This document shows positions 13,064-24,434 of a stretch of DNA of 64,000 nucleotides, piece after piece. The notes beneath the pieces are model-generated. The model was not told the origin of the DNA and did not search any database. It saw only the letters and a list, made by a program, of their open reading frames with translations. The translations under genes and the position numbers were made by a program. Source of the DNA: Diplonema japonicum (taxonomy: Eukaryota > Protista > Euglenozoa: Diplonemea); NCBI GenBank assembly GCA_964019335.1, contig OZ025710.1, positions 440,299-504,298 of the forward strand, written 5' to 3'. How positions within the stretch are numbered: position 1 is the stretch's first letter; the number at the start of each line of letters is the position of its first letter.

Positions 13064-13272
13064 AAAAAAACAGAAATTTCTGTTTCTTTTCTGGTGAGCG
13101 GAAGAAAAGGAAGGGAAAACGAGTGAAATTGGCCTCCTGGAACTGAAAATAATTTGGAACCAGGAGCCAAGAAAATCCTCTTTTTTTTTCTCCTATACTT
13201 CTTAATCTTCTTCTTTTTCCCTCGACCTGTTTCCCTCTATTTCTACCACACCCACATTTATTTATAACTATT

Positions 13273-13738
13273 GGCCCGCAGGGCCCGAGTGCAAAAAAAC
13301 GGGTAACGAGAGTTAAATAATGGCTCATTTGGCGGCAAGTAAGTCGTTTTATTTCACTCTTCGTCATTTGAGTCACTCACTCTTCACTGCTTTCACTGCT
13401 GTTTTTTTTCACGCAGGTCAGCCTTTTTGGGGAGTTTCCTAAGGTAATATGGGGTTGCTATTTCGCCGTGGCATTTAAAGGGGAAGTAAGGCACTTATTC
13501 CCACTTTTAAGGGCTGGAATGGCCTCAGATGGCCAAAAATAGTCAAAATACGCCCACCCCAAAAAAATTTTTCAAGGGGTTGGGTGCATTTTTTTCCACG
13601 GCGAGACTCATTTTTCCACTCTGAAGGGCCATTATTTAACTGCAAAATCTCATTATTTAACTAGTTAAATAATGGCCATTTCGCGTTAAATAATGAGGCC
13701 CCTAGTGAGTGAAGAAAATGACGAAGAGTGAAATAAAA
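13273..13738. mobile_element. Palindromic element, unit 3
   Basis: Copy of 8241-8706. Confidence 0.75.
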
Positions 13739-14037
13739 TTATATATAATTTTTTTCACTTGAATTCAATTTTTTTCCTTTAAACCTTAATGACTTTTCGT
13801 CGGGGCATGAAAACCTTCACGGGATAGAAGAAACACTCCTGCTGCAGGTTGGCTCCCTTCAAATTTTTATTATAGTTGCTTGTACGCCAGGCGGTTTATA
13901 AGCAACCAAAGTCATTCTTCTATTTATTATTATTATTATAAGCCATAAAAACAAGCATCCCCCACCCACAAAAGCACACACACACAAACACACAAAGAAA
14001 AAAAAAAAGAAAAAAACAAAGAAAGAAACAAAGAAAA

Positions 14038-15579
14038 ATGAAAATGACCGCCCCAAGAGCGGTGGTGTTGCTGGCACTGGCAGCATCGTGCAAGGCGATG
14101 ACAAGGGAGGAGGTCCTCGACTTTGTCATCGAAAACAAGTGCACCGAACCCAAAGGTGTGCTCGACCCCGCCTCGCCCCTATGCACCAAGTCTGAGAACA
14201 TCGCAGCAGGGGACCCAGTGTTCTACTTGAGGACCGACCGCCTTAACGCGCAGGCGATGCACTCGTTTCTCAGCCAGAACTACAAAGGTGACGACCGCAT
14301 CGTGTCGACCATGGAGTTCGGGAATGTGGGCACGACTACCGAGACCTACCAGTCCTTCCACGAAATGACCTACAATAGAATGATATCCGGCAAAGAGTAC
14401 TGGTACAGAGACGGTGGGAACTTCATGGAGATCGAGGGCACGCACTCATCCTACGTCGGGACTCAGGACCCCAACTACCCGCAGAGGTTTTGCGGGAGCC
14501 CGGTAGAGACCCCAACAGGTTCCCAATGCTCCTGCACGGACGATGCTTGGCTCCTGTTCCCGAACAACATCGTGAAGGAGGCGCCGCCGGTGGCGGATAT
14601 CAACTGGCAGAACATCGTGTCCGACAGTAACCCTACGCCATGCGGCACCGGGAAGACACAGACCGTAACCACCTCCTATCTCGGGCCGGTTCAATACCTC
14701 GGTTACAAAAAGCCTCTCGACACCATTGTGTCCTCGCACAAAGTAGGAACTACGAAGGCTGCGATAGAGAGGCAATTTTATACAAAGGAGTACGGGCACA
14801 CGAAGTGGGAGGCGTGGTGCAAGGACGAGTCACCGAACTCGGGATGCGAGGCGAAAGCTTTAACCTCTTGGTGTTCGGGCCCCGACACGGAAGGTGAATG
14901 GAAGAGGTACGACTGCAGGGAATGGACGAACATCAGGTCCCTTCCTGAAGAGAAGCAAGGCATTGGGTACAACCTCCGTTCCATCAACTTCGAGCTACCG
15001 CCCCATCTGTGGGACGCGCCTGACTTTTTGATCAGCGCAATGGGGAATGTTGTCATCAACGGCGATGGAGGGATCGGCACCATGCAGTACTGGAGTGTGC
15101 AGAACAATCCCAACTCGAACTCTGTGCAAGTTGTGGACATGCCGCACGTTTACAACTCGACAGGTGAAGCGTCCTTGACGGACCACAACACAGTGTTCAA
15201 GTTCACGGATGTTGGTGGGGCGTACACCTTCGGGCCCACGTCTCTTGCATCCATGCGTCCATTATTATGGCAACAGCCATCGCTCAAAATCACTTTCGGT
15301 TTCGATGTGAAGCTTGCGTCGTCGGACTCCACCACAGGCGTAATCCTCAATTACGCAGTGGACGTCTATAAAAATGGATTGCCGACGACCCTCGGAACAG
15401 GGAACATTCAATGTGTGGTGGGTGTCAGCCCCAACTGGCAGAGGTGCAGCCACTCATACACCTTTTCTCTCCCGTCTTGGCAAAAGGGCGACACCTACGG
15501 ACTTGCCTTGTACATACAGAAGACTACCGCTTCTGGTGAATTCTATGTTGATGACATCTTTGTTCAACCTGTTGTTTAG
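14038..15579 (+). CDS. Secreted 513-aa protein, copy 4
   Basis: Translation identical to copy 1. Confidence 0.85.
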   Translation: MKMTAPRAVVLLALAASCKAMTREEVLDFVIENKCTEPKGVLDPASPLCTKSENIAAGDPVFYLRTDRLNAQAMHSFLSQNYKGDDRIVSTMEFGNVGTTTETYQSFHEMTYNRMISGKEYWYRDGGNFMEIEGTHSSYVGTQDPNYPQRFCGSPVETPTGSQCSCTDDAWLLFPNNIVKEAPPVADINWQNIVSDSNPTPCGTGKTQTVTTSYLGPVQYLGYKKPLDTIVSSHKVGTTKAAIERQFYTKEYGHTKWEAWCKDESPNSGCEAKALTSWCSGPDTEGEWKRYDCREWTNIRSLPEEKQGIGYNLRSINFELPPHLWDAPDFLISAMGNVVINGDGGIGTMQYWSVQNNPNSNSVQVVDMPHVYNSTGEASLTDHNTVFKFTDVGGAYTFGPTSLASMRPLLWQQPSLKITFGFDVKLASSDSTTGVILNYAVDVYKNGLPTTLGTGNIQCVVGVSPNWQRCSHSYTFSLPSWQKGDTYGLALYIQKTTASGEFYVDDIFVQPVV

Positions 15580-15788
15580 AAAAAAACAGAAATTTCTGTT
15601 TCTTTTCTGGTGAGCGGAAGAAAAGGAAGGGAAAACGAGTGAAATTGGCCTCCTGGAACTGAAAATAATTTGGAACCAGGAGCCAAGAAAATCCTCTTTT
15701 TTTTTCTCCTATACTTCTTAATCTTCTTCTTTTTCCCTCGACCTGTTTCCCTCTATTTCTACCACACCCACATTTATTTATAACTATT

Positions 15789-16254
15789 GGCCCGCAGGGC
15801 CCGAGTGCAAAAAAACGGGTAACGAGAGTTAAATAATGGCTCATTTGGCGGCAAGTAAGTCGTTTTATTTCACTCTTCGTCATTTGAGTCACTCACTCTT
15901 CACTGCTTTCACTGCTGTTTTTTTTCACGCAGGTCAGCCTTTTTGGGGAGTTTCCTAAGGTAATATGGGGTTGCTATTTCGCCGTGGCATTTAAAGGGGA
16001 AGTAAGGCACTTATTCCCACTTTTAAGGGCTGGAATGGCCTCAGATGGCCAAAAATAGTCAAAATACGCCCACCCCAAAAAAATTTTTCAAGGGGTTGGG
16101 TGCATTTTTTTCCACGGCGAGACTCATTTTTCCACTCTGAAGGGCCATTATTTAACTGCAAAATCTCATTATTTAACTAGTTAAATAATGGCCATTTCGC
16201 GTTAAATAATGAGGCCCCTAGTGAGTGAAGAAAATGACGAAGAGTGAAATAAAA
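15789..16254. mobile_element. Palindromic element, unit 4
   Basis: Copy of 8241-8706. Confidence 0.75.
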
Positions 16255-16553
16255 TTATATATAATTTTTTTCACTTGAATTCAATTTTTTTCCTTTAAAC
16301 CTTAATGACTTTTCGTCGGGGCATGAAAACCTTCACGGGATAGAAGAAACACTCCTGCTGCAGGTTGGCTCCCTTCAAATTTTTATTATAGTTGCTTGTA
16401 CGCCAGGCGGTTTATAAGCAACCAAAGTCATTCTTCTATTTATTATTATTATTATAAGCCATAAAAACAAGCATCCCCCACCCACAAAAGCACACACACA
16501 CAAACACACAAAGAAAAAAAAAAAGAAAAAAACAAAGAAAGAAACAAAGAAAA

Positions 16554-18095
16554 ATGAAAATGACCGCCCCAAGAGCGGTGGTGTTGCTGGCACTGGCAGC
16601 ATCGTGCAAGGCGATGACAAGGGAGGAGGTCCTCGACTTTGTCATCGAAAACAAGTGCACCGAACCCAAAGGTGTGCTCGACCCCGCCTCGCCCCTATGC
16701 ACCAAGTCTGAGAACATCGCAGCAGGGGACCCAGTGTTCTACTTGAGGACCGACCGCCTTAACGCGCAGGCGATGCACTCGTTTCTCAGCCAGAACTACA
16801 AAGGTGACGACCGCATCGTGTCGACCATGGAGTTCGGGAATGTGGGCACGACTACCGAGACCTACCAGTCCTTCCACGAAATGACCTACAATAGAATGAT
16901 ATCCGGCAAAGAGTACTGGTACAGAGACGGTGGGAACTTCATGGAGATCGAGGGCACGCACTCATCCTACGTCGGGACTCAGGACCCCAACTACCCGCAG
17001 AGGTTTTGCGGGAGCCCGGTAGAGACCCCAACAGGTTCCCAATGCTCCTGCACGGACGATGCTTGGCTCCTGTTCCCGAACAACATCGTGAAGGAGGCGC
17101 CGCCGGTGGCGGATATCAACTGGCAGAACATCGTGTCCGACAGTAACCCTACGCCATGCGGCACCGGGAAGACACAGACCGTAACCACCTCCTATCTCGG
17201 GCCGGTTCAATACCTCGGTTACAAAAAGCCTCTCGACACCATTGTGTCCTCGCACAAAGTAGGAACTACGAAGGCTGCGATAGAGAGGCAATTTTATACA
17301 AAGGAGTACGGGCACACGAAGTGGGAGGCGTGGTGCAAGGACGAGTCACCGAACTCGGGATGCGAGGCGAAAGCTTTAACCTCTTGGTGTTCGGGCCCCG
17401 ACACGGAAGGTGAATGGAAGAGGTACGACTGCAGGGAATGGACGAACATCAGGTCCCTTCCTGAAGAGAAGCAAGGCATTGGGTACAACCTCCGTTCCAT
17501 CAACTTCGAGCTACCGCCCCATCTGTGGGACGCGCCTGACTTTTTGATCAGCGCAATGGGGAATGTTGTCATCAACGGCGATGGAGGGATCGGCACCATG
17601 CAGTACTGGAGTGTGCAGAACAATCCCAACTCGAACTCTGTGCAAGTTGTGGACATGCCGCACGTTTACAACTCGACAGGTGAAGCGTCCTTGACGGACC
17701 ACAACACAGTGTTCAAGTTCACGGATGTTGGTGGGGCGTACACCTTCGGGCCCACGTCTCTTGCATCCATGCGTCCATTATTATGGCAACAGCCATCGCT
17801 CAAAATCACTTTCGGTTTCGATGTGAAGCTTGCGTCGTCGGACTCCACCACAGGCGTAATCCTCAATTACGCAGTGGACGTCTATAAAAATGGATTGCCG
17901 ACGACCCTCGGAACAGGGAACATTCAATGTGTGGTGGGTGTCAGCCCCAACTGGCAGAGGTGCAGCCACTCATACACCTTTTCTCTCCCGTCTTGGCAAA
18001 AGGGCGACACCTACGGACTTGCCTTGTACATACAGAAGACTACCGCTTCTGGTGAATTCTATGTTGATGACATCTTTGTTCAACCTGTTGTTTAG
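16554..18095 (+). CDS. Secreted 513-aa protein, copy 5
   Basis: Translation identical to copy 1. Confidence 0.85.
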   Translation: MKMTAPRAVVLLALAASCKAMTREEVLDFVIENKCTEPKGVLDPASPLCTKSENIAAGDPVFYLRTDRLNAQAMHSFLSQNYKGDDRIVSTMEFGNVGTTTETYQSFHEMTYNRMISGKEYWYRDGGNFMEIEGTHSSYVGTQDPNYPQRFCGSPVETPTGSQCSCTDDAWLLFPNNIVKEAPPVADINWQNIVSDSNPTPCGTGKTQTVTTSYLGPVQYLGYKKPLDTIVSSHKVGTTKAAIERQFYTKEYGHTKWEAWCKDESPNSGCEAKALTSWCSGPDTEGEWKRYDCREWTNIRSLPEEKQGIGYNLRSINFELPPHLWDAPDFLISAMGNVVINGDGGIGTMQYWSVQNNPNSNSVQVVDMPHVYNSTGEASLTDHNTVFKFTDVGGAYTFGPTSLASMRPLLWQQPSLKITFGFDVKLASSDSTTGVILNYAVDVYKNGLPTTLGTGNIQCVVGVSPNWQRCSHSYTFSLPSWQKGDTYGLALYIQKTTASGEFYVDDIFVQPVV

Positions 18096-18304
18096 AAAAA
18101 AACAGAAATTTCTGTTTCTTTTCTGGTGAGCGGAAGAAAAGGAAGGGAAAACGAGTGAAATTGGCCTCCTGGAACTGAAAATAATTTGGAACCAGGAGCC
18201 AAGAAAATCCTCTTTTTTTTTCTCCTATACTTCTTAATCTTCTTCTTTTTCCCTCGACCTGTTTCCCTCTATTTCTACCACACCCACATTTATTTATAAC
18301 TATT

Positions 18305-18770
18305 GGCCCGCAGGGCCCGAGTGCAAAAAAACGGGTAACGAGAGTTAAATAATGGCTCATTTGGCGGCAAGTAAGTCGTTTTATTTCACTCTTCGTCATT
18401 TGAGTCACTCACTCTTCACTGCTTTCACTGCTGTTTTTTTTCACGCAGGTCAGCCTTTTTGGGGAGTTTCCTAAGGTAATATGGGGTTGCTATTTCGCCG
18501 TGGCATTTAAAGGGGAAGTAAGGCACTTATTCCCACTTTTAAGGGCTGGAATGGCCTCAGATGGCCAAAAATAGTCAAAATACGCCCACCCCAAAAAAAT
18601 TTTTCAAGGGGTTGGGTGCATTTTTTTCCACGGCGAGACTCATTTTTCCACTCTGAAGGGCCATTATTTAACTGCAAAATCTCATTATTTAACTAGTTAA
18701 ATAATGGCCATTTCGCGTTAAATAATGAGGCCCCTAGTGAGTGAAGAAAATGACGAAGAGTGAAATAAAA
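18305..18770. mobile_element. Palindromic element, unit 5
   Basis: Copy of 8241-8706. Confidence 0.75.
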
Positions 18771-19069
18771 TTATATATAATTTTTTTCACTTGAATTCAA
18801 TTTTTTTCCTTTAAACCTTAATGACTTTTCGTCGGGGCATGAAAACCTTCACGGGATAGAAGAAACACTCCTGCTGCAGGTTGGCTCCCTTCAAATTTTT
18901 ATTATAGTTGCTTGTACGCCAGGCGGTTTATAAGCAACCAAAGTCATTCTTCTATTTATTATTATTATTATAAGCCATAAAAACAAGCATCCCCCACCCA
19001 CAAAAGCACACACACACAAACACACAAAGAAAAAAAAAAAGAAAAAAACAAAGAAAGAAACAAAGAAAA

Positions 19070-20611
19070 ATGAAAATGACCGCCCCAAGAGCGGTGGTGT
19101 TGCTGGCACTGGCAGCATCGTGCAAGGCGATGACAAGGGAGGAGGTCCTCGACTTTGTCATCGAAAACAAGTGCACCGAACCCAAAGGTGTGCTCGACCC
19201 CGCCTCGCCCCTATGCACCAAGTCTGAGAACATCGCAGCAGGGGACCCAGTGTTCTACTTGAGGACCGACCGCCTTAACGCGCAGGCGATGCACTCGTTT
19301 CTCAGCCAGAACTACAAAGGTGACGACCGCATCGTGTCGACCATGGAGTTCGGGAATGTGGGCACGACTACCGAGACCTACCAGTCCTTCCACGAAATGA
19401 CCTACAATAGAATGATATCCGGCAAAGAGTACTGGTACAGAGACGGTGGGAACTTCATGGAGATCGAGGGCACGCACTCATCCTACGTCGGGACTCAGGA
19501 CCCCAACTACCCGCAGAGGTTTTGCGGGAGCCCGGTAGAGACCCCAACAGGTTCCCAATGCTCCTGCACGGACGATGCTTGGCTCCTGTTCCCGAACAAC
19601 ATCGTGAAGGAGGCGCCGCCGGTGGCGGATATCAACTGGCAGAACATCGTGTCCGACAGTAACCCTACGCCATGCGGCACCGGGAAGACACAGACCGTAA
19701 CCACCTCCTATCTCGGGCCGGTTCAATACCTCGGTTACAAAAAGCCTCTCGACACCATTGTGTCCTCGCACAAAGTAGGAACTACGAAGGCTGCGATAGA
19801 GAGGCAATTTTATACAAAGGAGTACGGGCACACGAAGTGGGAGGCGTGGTGCAAGGACGAGTCACCGAACTCGGGATGCGAGGCGAAAGCTTTAACCTCT
19901 TGGTGTTCGGGCCCCGACACGGAAGGTGAATGGAAGAGGTACGACTGCAGGGAATGGACGAACATCAGGTCCCTTCCTGAAGAGAAGCAAGGCATTGGGT
20001 ACAACCTCCGTTCCATCAACTTCGAGCTACCGCCCCATCTGTGGGACGCGCCTGACTTTTTGATCAGCGCAATGGGGAATGTTGTCATCAACGGCGATGG
20101 AGGGATCGGCACCATGCAGTACTGGAGTGTGCAGAACAATCCCAACTCGAACTCTGTGCAAGTTGTGGACATGCCGCACGTTTACAACTCGACAGGTGAA
20201 GCGTCCTTGACGGACCACAACACAGTGTTCAAGTTCACGGATGTTGGTGGGGCGTACACCTTCGGGCCCACGTCTCTTGCATCCATGCGTCCATTATTAT
20301 GGCAACAGCCATCGCTCAAAATCACTTTCGGTTTCGATGTGAAGCTTGCGTCGTCGGACTCCACCACAGGCGTAATCCTCAATTACGCAGTGGACGTCTA
20401 TAAAAATGGATTGCCGACGACCCTCGGAACAGGGAACATTCAATGTGTGGTGGGTGTCAGCCCCAACTGGCAGAGGTGCAGCCACTCATACACCTTTTCT
20501 CTCCCGTCTTGGCAAAAGGGCGACACCTACGGACTTGCCTTGTACATACAGAAGACTACCGCTTCTGGTGAATTCTATGTTGATGACATCTTTGTTCAAC
20601 CTGTTGTTTAG
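19070..20611 (+). CDS. Secreted 513-aa protein, copy 6
   Basis: Translation identical to copy 1. Confidence 0.85.
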   Translation: MKMTAPRAVVLLALAASCKAMTREEVLDFVIENKCTEPKGVLDPASPLCTKSENIAAGDPVFYLRTDRLNAQAMHSFLSQNYKGDDRIVSTMEFGNVGTTTETYQSFHEMTYNRMISGKEYWYRDGGNFMEIEGTHSSYVGTQDPNYPQRFCGSPVETPTGSQCSCTDDAWLLFPNNIVKEAPPVADINWQNIVSDSNPTPCGTGKTQTVTTSYLGPVQYLGYKKPLDTIVSSHKVGTTKAAIERQFYTKEYGHTKWEAWCKDESPNSGCEAKALTSWCSGPDTEGEWKRYDCREWTNIRSLPEEKQGIGYNLRSINFELPPHLWDAPDFLISAMGNVVINGDGGIGTMQYWSVQNNPNSNSVQVVDMPHVYNSTGEASLTDHNTVFKFTDVGGAYTFGPTSLASMRPLLWQQPSLKITFGFDVKLASSDSTTGVILNYAVDVYKNGLPTTLGTGNIQCVVGVSPNWQRCSHSYTFSLPSWQKGDTYGLALYIQKTTASGEFYVDDIFVQPVV

Positions 20612-20820
20612 AAAAAAACAGAAATTTCTGTTTCTTTTCTGGTGAGCGGAAGAAAAGGAAGGGAAAACGAGTGAAATTGGCCTCCTGGAACTGAAAATAA
20701 TTTGGAACCAGGAGCCAAGAAAATCCTCTTTTTTTTTCTCCTATACTTCTTAATCTTCTTCTTTTTCCCTCGACCTGTTTCCCTCTATTTCTACCACACC
20801 CACATTTATTTATAACTATT

Positions 20821-21286
20821 GGCCCGCAGGGCCCGAGTGCAAAAAAACGGGTAACGAGAGTTAAATAATGGCTCATTTGGCGGCAAGTAAGTCGTTTTAT
20901 TTCACTCTTCGTCATTTGAGTCACTCACTCTTCACTGCTTTCACTGCTGTTTTTTTTCACGCAGGTCAGCCTTTTTGGGGAGTTTCCTAAGGTAATATGG
21001 GGTTGCTATTTCGCCGTGGCATTTAAAGGGGAAGTAAGGCACTTATTCCCACTTTTAAGGGCTGGAATGGCCTCAGATGGCCAAAAATAGTCAAAATACG
21101 CCCACCCCAAAAAAATTTTTCAAGGGGTTGGGTGCATTTTTTTCCACGGCGAGACTCATTTTTCCACTCTGAAGGGCCATTATTTAACTGCAAAATCTCA
21201 TTATTTAACTAGTTAAATAATGGCCATTTCGCGTTAAATAATGAGGCCCCTAGTGAGTGAAGAAAATGACGAAGAGTGAAATAAAA
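20821..21286. mobile_element. Palindromic element, unit 6
   Basis: Copy of 8241-8706. Confidence 0.75.
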
Positions 21287-21585
21287 TTATATATAATTTT
21301 TTTCACTTGAATTCAATTTTTTTCCTTTAAACCTTAATGACTTTTCGTCGGGGCATGAAAACCTTCACGGGATAGAAGAAACACTCCTGCTGCAGGTTGG
21401 CTCCCTTCAAATTTTTATTATAGTTGCTTGTACGCCAGGCGGTTTATAAGCAACCAAAGTCATTCTTCTATTTATTATTATTATTATAAGCCATAAAAAC
21501 AAGCATCCCCCACCCACAAAAGCACACACACACAAACACACAAAGAAAAAAAAAAAGAAAAAAACAAAGAAAGAAACAAAGAAAA

Positions 21586-23073
21586 ATGAAAATGACCGCC
21601 CCAAGAGCGGTGGTGTTGCTGGCACTGGCAGCATCGTGCAAGGCGATGACAAGGGAGGAGGTCCTCGACTTTGTCATCGAAAACAAGTGCACCGAACCCA
21701 AAGGTGTGCTCGACCCCGCCTCGCCCCTATGCACCAAGTCTGAGAACATCGCAGCAGGGGACCCAGTGTTCTACTTGAGGACCGATTTGGGAAACGTGCA
21801 GGCGATGCACTCGTACCTCAGCCACGACTACAAAGGTGACGACCGCATCGTGTCGACCATGGAGTACGGAGGCTTCCACGAAATGACCTACAACAAATCC
21901 GGGTACTGGTACTTAGACGGTGGGAACTTCATGGAGATCGAGGGAGCATTCTCATCATTCATTGGGACTCAAGATCCGAACGGACCCCAAAGATTTTGCG
22001 CAAGGTGGGAACAGAACGGCCAGTGCTCCTGCAACGACGATGGATGGCTCCTGTTTTCGAGCTCACTTTCAGACCCGCTGAAGTACCAGCCCGCACTGCC
22101 CAGACAGGACGACAACCTCATGGACATCCTCAATCTGAAAAATGAAAATCTTGACGCCTGCATGGACTCCTCCAACGTGGAGACTTTGAACTTCCGCGAG
22201 CTTTACAAGTACAAGAACAACCGCACGCTTGACACCATTGCAACCGCGCACTACACCGGAGTCGTGATGGAAAGACAGTATTTCACGAAAGAATACGGAC
22301 ACACGAAATGGGAGGCGTGGTGCATCAAAGGGAAGATCATCAACACGGCAACGAACGAGACGTGCGAACCCGACAAAGCATTCAACCCTGTGTGCTCTGG
22401 TGATGACAGGGATTTCAGCGGGTTGTGGGTAAGGTACGGTTGTAGGGAGTGGACCAACATCCACCCACTGCCCGAGAACAAACAGGCAATTGGATACAAC
22501 CTGCGTGCGTTCGGTTTCGAGCTGCCTCCCAATCTCTGGAAGTCTGGGTACGTCAACGCAGTTTCAAACATTATTAGAAACGGTGACGGTGGGACAGGGA
22601 ACAAGGACTATTGGAAAGTGTTTGGTGCCAGCCAGAGTGCTGTCCAAGCGATCGTCCTGCCAGAGTCGTTCGGATCCTTCGAGAATCAAAACACAGCATT
22701 CTACTTCACAGGAACCTTAGGGTACTCACTAGGACCGATTAACCTTAATTCGATCCGGCCGATTGTGTGGAACAGAACTTCACTGTCACTTTCCTATGGG
22801 ATCGACGTGCAGCACAGCGGGACAGGTGGCCCCGTCACTGTTTCCTTCTCGTTGACTCTTTACAAAAACAATCTTCTTATTTCCGCAGATTCTACTCCAG
22901 AGACTACCTGCATTGTTGCAAACAACCCGAACTGGACGAGGTGCACCGACACCTACAGATTTTCTGACCCGAAATGGGGAAATGAGATCTTCCAACCTGC
23001 CATGTACGTGATAAAGCCAACCGAGTCGGCCGAGTTTTTCGTGGACAACATCTTTGTGGTTGTCAATGTTTAA
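21586..23073 (+). CDS. Divergent/chimeric 495-aa paralog of the array protein (copy 7)
   Basis: Identical to the array gene through ...VFYLRTD (nt 21785), then progressively divergent. Keeps LDTI, ERQ.FTKEYGHTKWEAWC, CREWTNI, FELPP.LW and EF.VD.IFV. Confidence 0.88.
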   Translation: MKMTAPRAVVLLALAASCKAMTREEVLDFVIENKCTEPKGVLDPASPLCTKSENIAAGDPVFYLRTDLGNVQAMHSYLSHDYKGDDRIVSTMEYGGFHEMTYNKSGYWYLDGGNFMEIEGAFSSFIGTQDPNGPQRFCARWEQNGQCSCNDDGWLLFSSSLSDPLKYQPALPRQDDNLMDILNLKNENLDACMDSSNVETLNFRELYKYKNNRTLDTIATAHYTGVVMERQYFTKEYGHTKWEAWCIKGKIINTATNETCEPDKAFNPVCSGDDRDFSGLWVRYGCREWTNIHPLPENKQAIGYNLRAFGFELPPNLWKSGYVNAVSNIIRNGDGGTGNKDYWKVFGASQSAVQAIVLPESFGSFENQNTAFYFTGTLGYSLGPINLNSIRPIVWNRTSLSLSYGIDVQHSGTGGPVTVSFSLTLYKNNLLISADSTPETTCIVANNPNWTRCTDTYRFSDPKWGNEIFQPAMYVIKPTESAEFFVDNIFVVVNV

Positions 23074-23167
23074 AATTGTTCAATAAATTTCCCCCTTTTC
23101 TCCTCTTGCTTCCCCAGTTCCACTGAAAGAAACAACTTGAATATTAAACACGTGCCAAGAAAATGTA

Positions 23168-23238
23168 GCGTAAATGGTCTAGTGGTAGAATGGCTCCCTG
23201 CCACGGAGTCGGCCCGGGTTCGATTCCCGGTTTACGCA
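23168..23238 (+). tRNA. tRNA-Gly(GCC)
   Basis: GCGTAAA/TTTACGC acceptor stem, anticodon loop CT-GCC-AC, GGTTCGATTCC T-arm, followed by an oligo-T Pol III terminator. Confidence 0.95.
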
Positions 23239-23754
23239 TTTTTTTGTCCTTGTATTGTTTCCACACCGGTACACTTCTGTGCTGCTTCGTGAGTTTTTTC
23301 CATCTTTTTCCCACTTTTTTTCTCCATTTCCTTCGCAAATGAGCTCTTTTCTAACAGGTCTTCCTGTTAAGCACACCAGCAACAAGATTTGTGGAAGTTG
23401 AAGAAGTGCACCTCTTGCTTAAAAGATTCATTATTATTTATTTCATTATTATTTGAAAACGTCTGTAGCTAAAACTTTCATGCATGGCCCGTAGAGATCT
23501 GCTGAAAGCCTTGCATGACGGGACCCTCGCGATTCAGTGGGCATAATATAGTTGCTGAGTACTAAGCAGGAAACCATACCAACTGAATTTTTGTTTTCTG
23601 TAAAGTTGGCGGCACGAAATTTTAGTTTGGCCACTTTCTAGTTCGTCTTATTAAACCCCCCCCCCCCCCATGCAGTAGTTTTTCCTTATTATTACAACTG
23701 AGAGTCCATCAACCACCAAGACACCATGGAATATTTCCTCTACTGAAATTGTCA

Positions 23755-23836
23755 GCAGTCGTATCCAAGTGGTTACGGAGGTGGACTAGAAATCCATTGG
23801 GCTCTGCCCGCGCAGGTTCAAGTCCTGCCGACTGCG
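23755..23836 (+). tRNA. tRNA-Ser(AGA)
   Basis: GCAGTCG/CGACTGC acceptor stem, CT-AGA-AA loop, long variable arm GGGCTCTGCCC, GGTTCAAGTCC, G73, T-run downstream. Confidence 0.95.
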
Positions 23837-23870
23837 ATCTTTTTTCTTTTTTTACAATCCTAAATAAGAT

Positions 23871-24398
23871 ATGGGTGCAAATGAGATTGATTTGACCGAT
23901 TTGACAGGGGAACACTACGGTCTCCTGGCAGCGTTAGCTGAAAAGGACAGTGAACGAGCCACAGAAGCGGTGGGGAGAATACTGGAAGAGGTTGAAGTGC
24001 TAGAAGCAGACTTGGAGATGGTACCTATGGTGGCAGCAAGGATAGATGCGGACTGTGGTATCCTGCAGTCGAGAAAAAGAAGTAGCGCACAAATATCTGA
24101 AATGGCATCAAAATGTAAGAGTTTACGTGAAGAGGTGTCTTTCTACTGCATCCCGGAAGAATACACAGCAAAATACGACGCCCTGTTGGCGGATCTCACA
24201 CATGGCTCCACCATTCCCGAGATCGAGGCAGCTATTAACTCGGAAAAGAAACGCGAATCAAAACAAAAACAAGAGCAACAGTGCACACTTGAGCTCGAAG
24301 CACTCAAGGCAGGCCTTTCCCAGCTCTACGATCTTGCAACAACTGCATCTTTAAAGTGCCAATACATGCTGAAAGAAGGCGACAATGAACCTGTATGA
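23871..24398 (+). CDS. Hypothetical 175-aa helical/coiled-coil protein
   Basis: ATG-initiated ORF with normal complexity and an E/L/A/K-rich helical composition. No family recognised. Confidence 0.6.
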   Translation: MGANEIDLTDLTGEHYGLLAALAEKDSERATEAVGRILEEVEVLEADLEMVPMVAARIDADCGILQSRKRSSAQISEMASKCKSLREEVSFYCIPEEYTAKYDALLADLTHGSTIPEIEAAINSEKKRESKQKQEQQCTLELEALKAGLSQLYDLATTASLKCQYMLKEGDNEPV

Positions 24399-24434
24399 GA
24401 GAAAACTTCATCACAACAAAAGGGAAAAAATAGC

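Larger units (their letters stand above)
6482..21785 (+). repeat. Tandem array, 2516-bp unit (1542-bp CDS + 974-bp spacer), about 6.08 copies
   Basis: ATGs at 6490, 9006, 11522, 14038, 16554, 19070 and 21586 are spaced exactly 2516 bp apart, and the ORF track repeats identically. The only difference I noticed is A at 8438 versus G in the other units. Confidence 0.97.

Noticed and set aside
6482-21785. CRISPR-like or integron-cassette interpretation of the array (ORF + hairpin per unit)
   Set aside because: Units are identical with no variable spacers, the repeat boundaries fall at the gene 5' end rather than at the hairpin, and the hairpin's left arm is deleted in the array. The element looks like a passenger.
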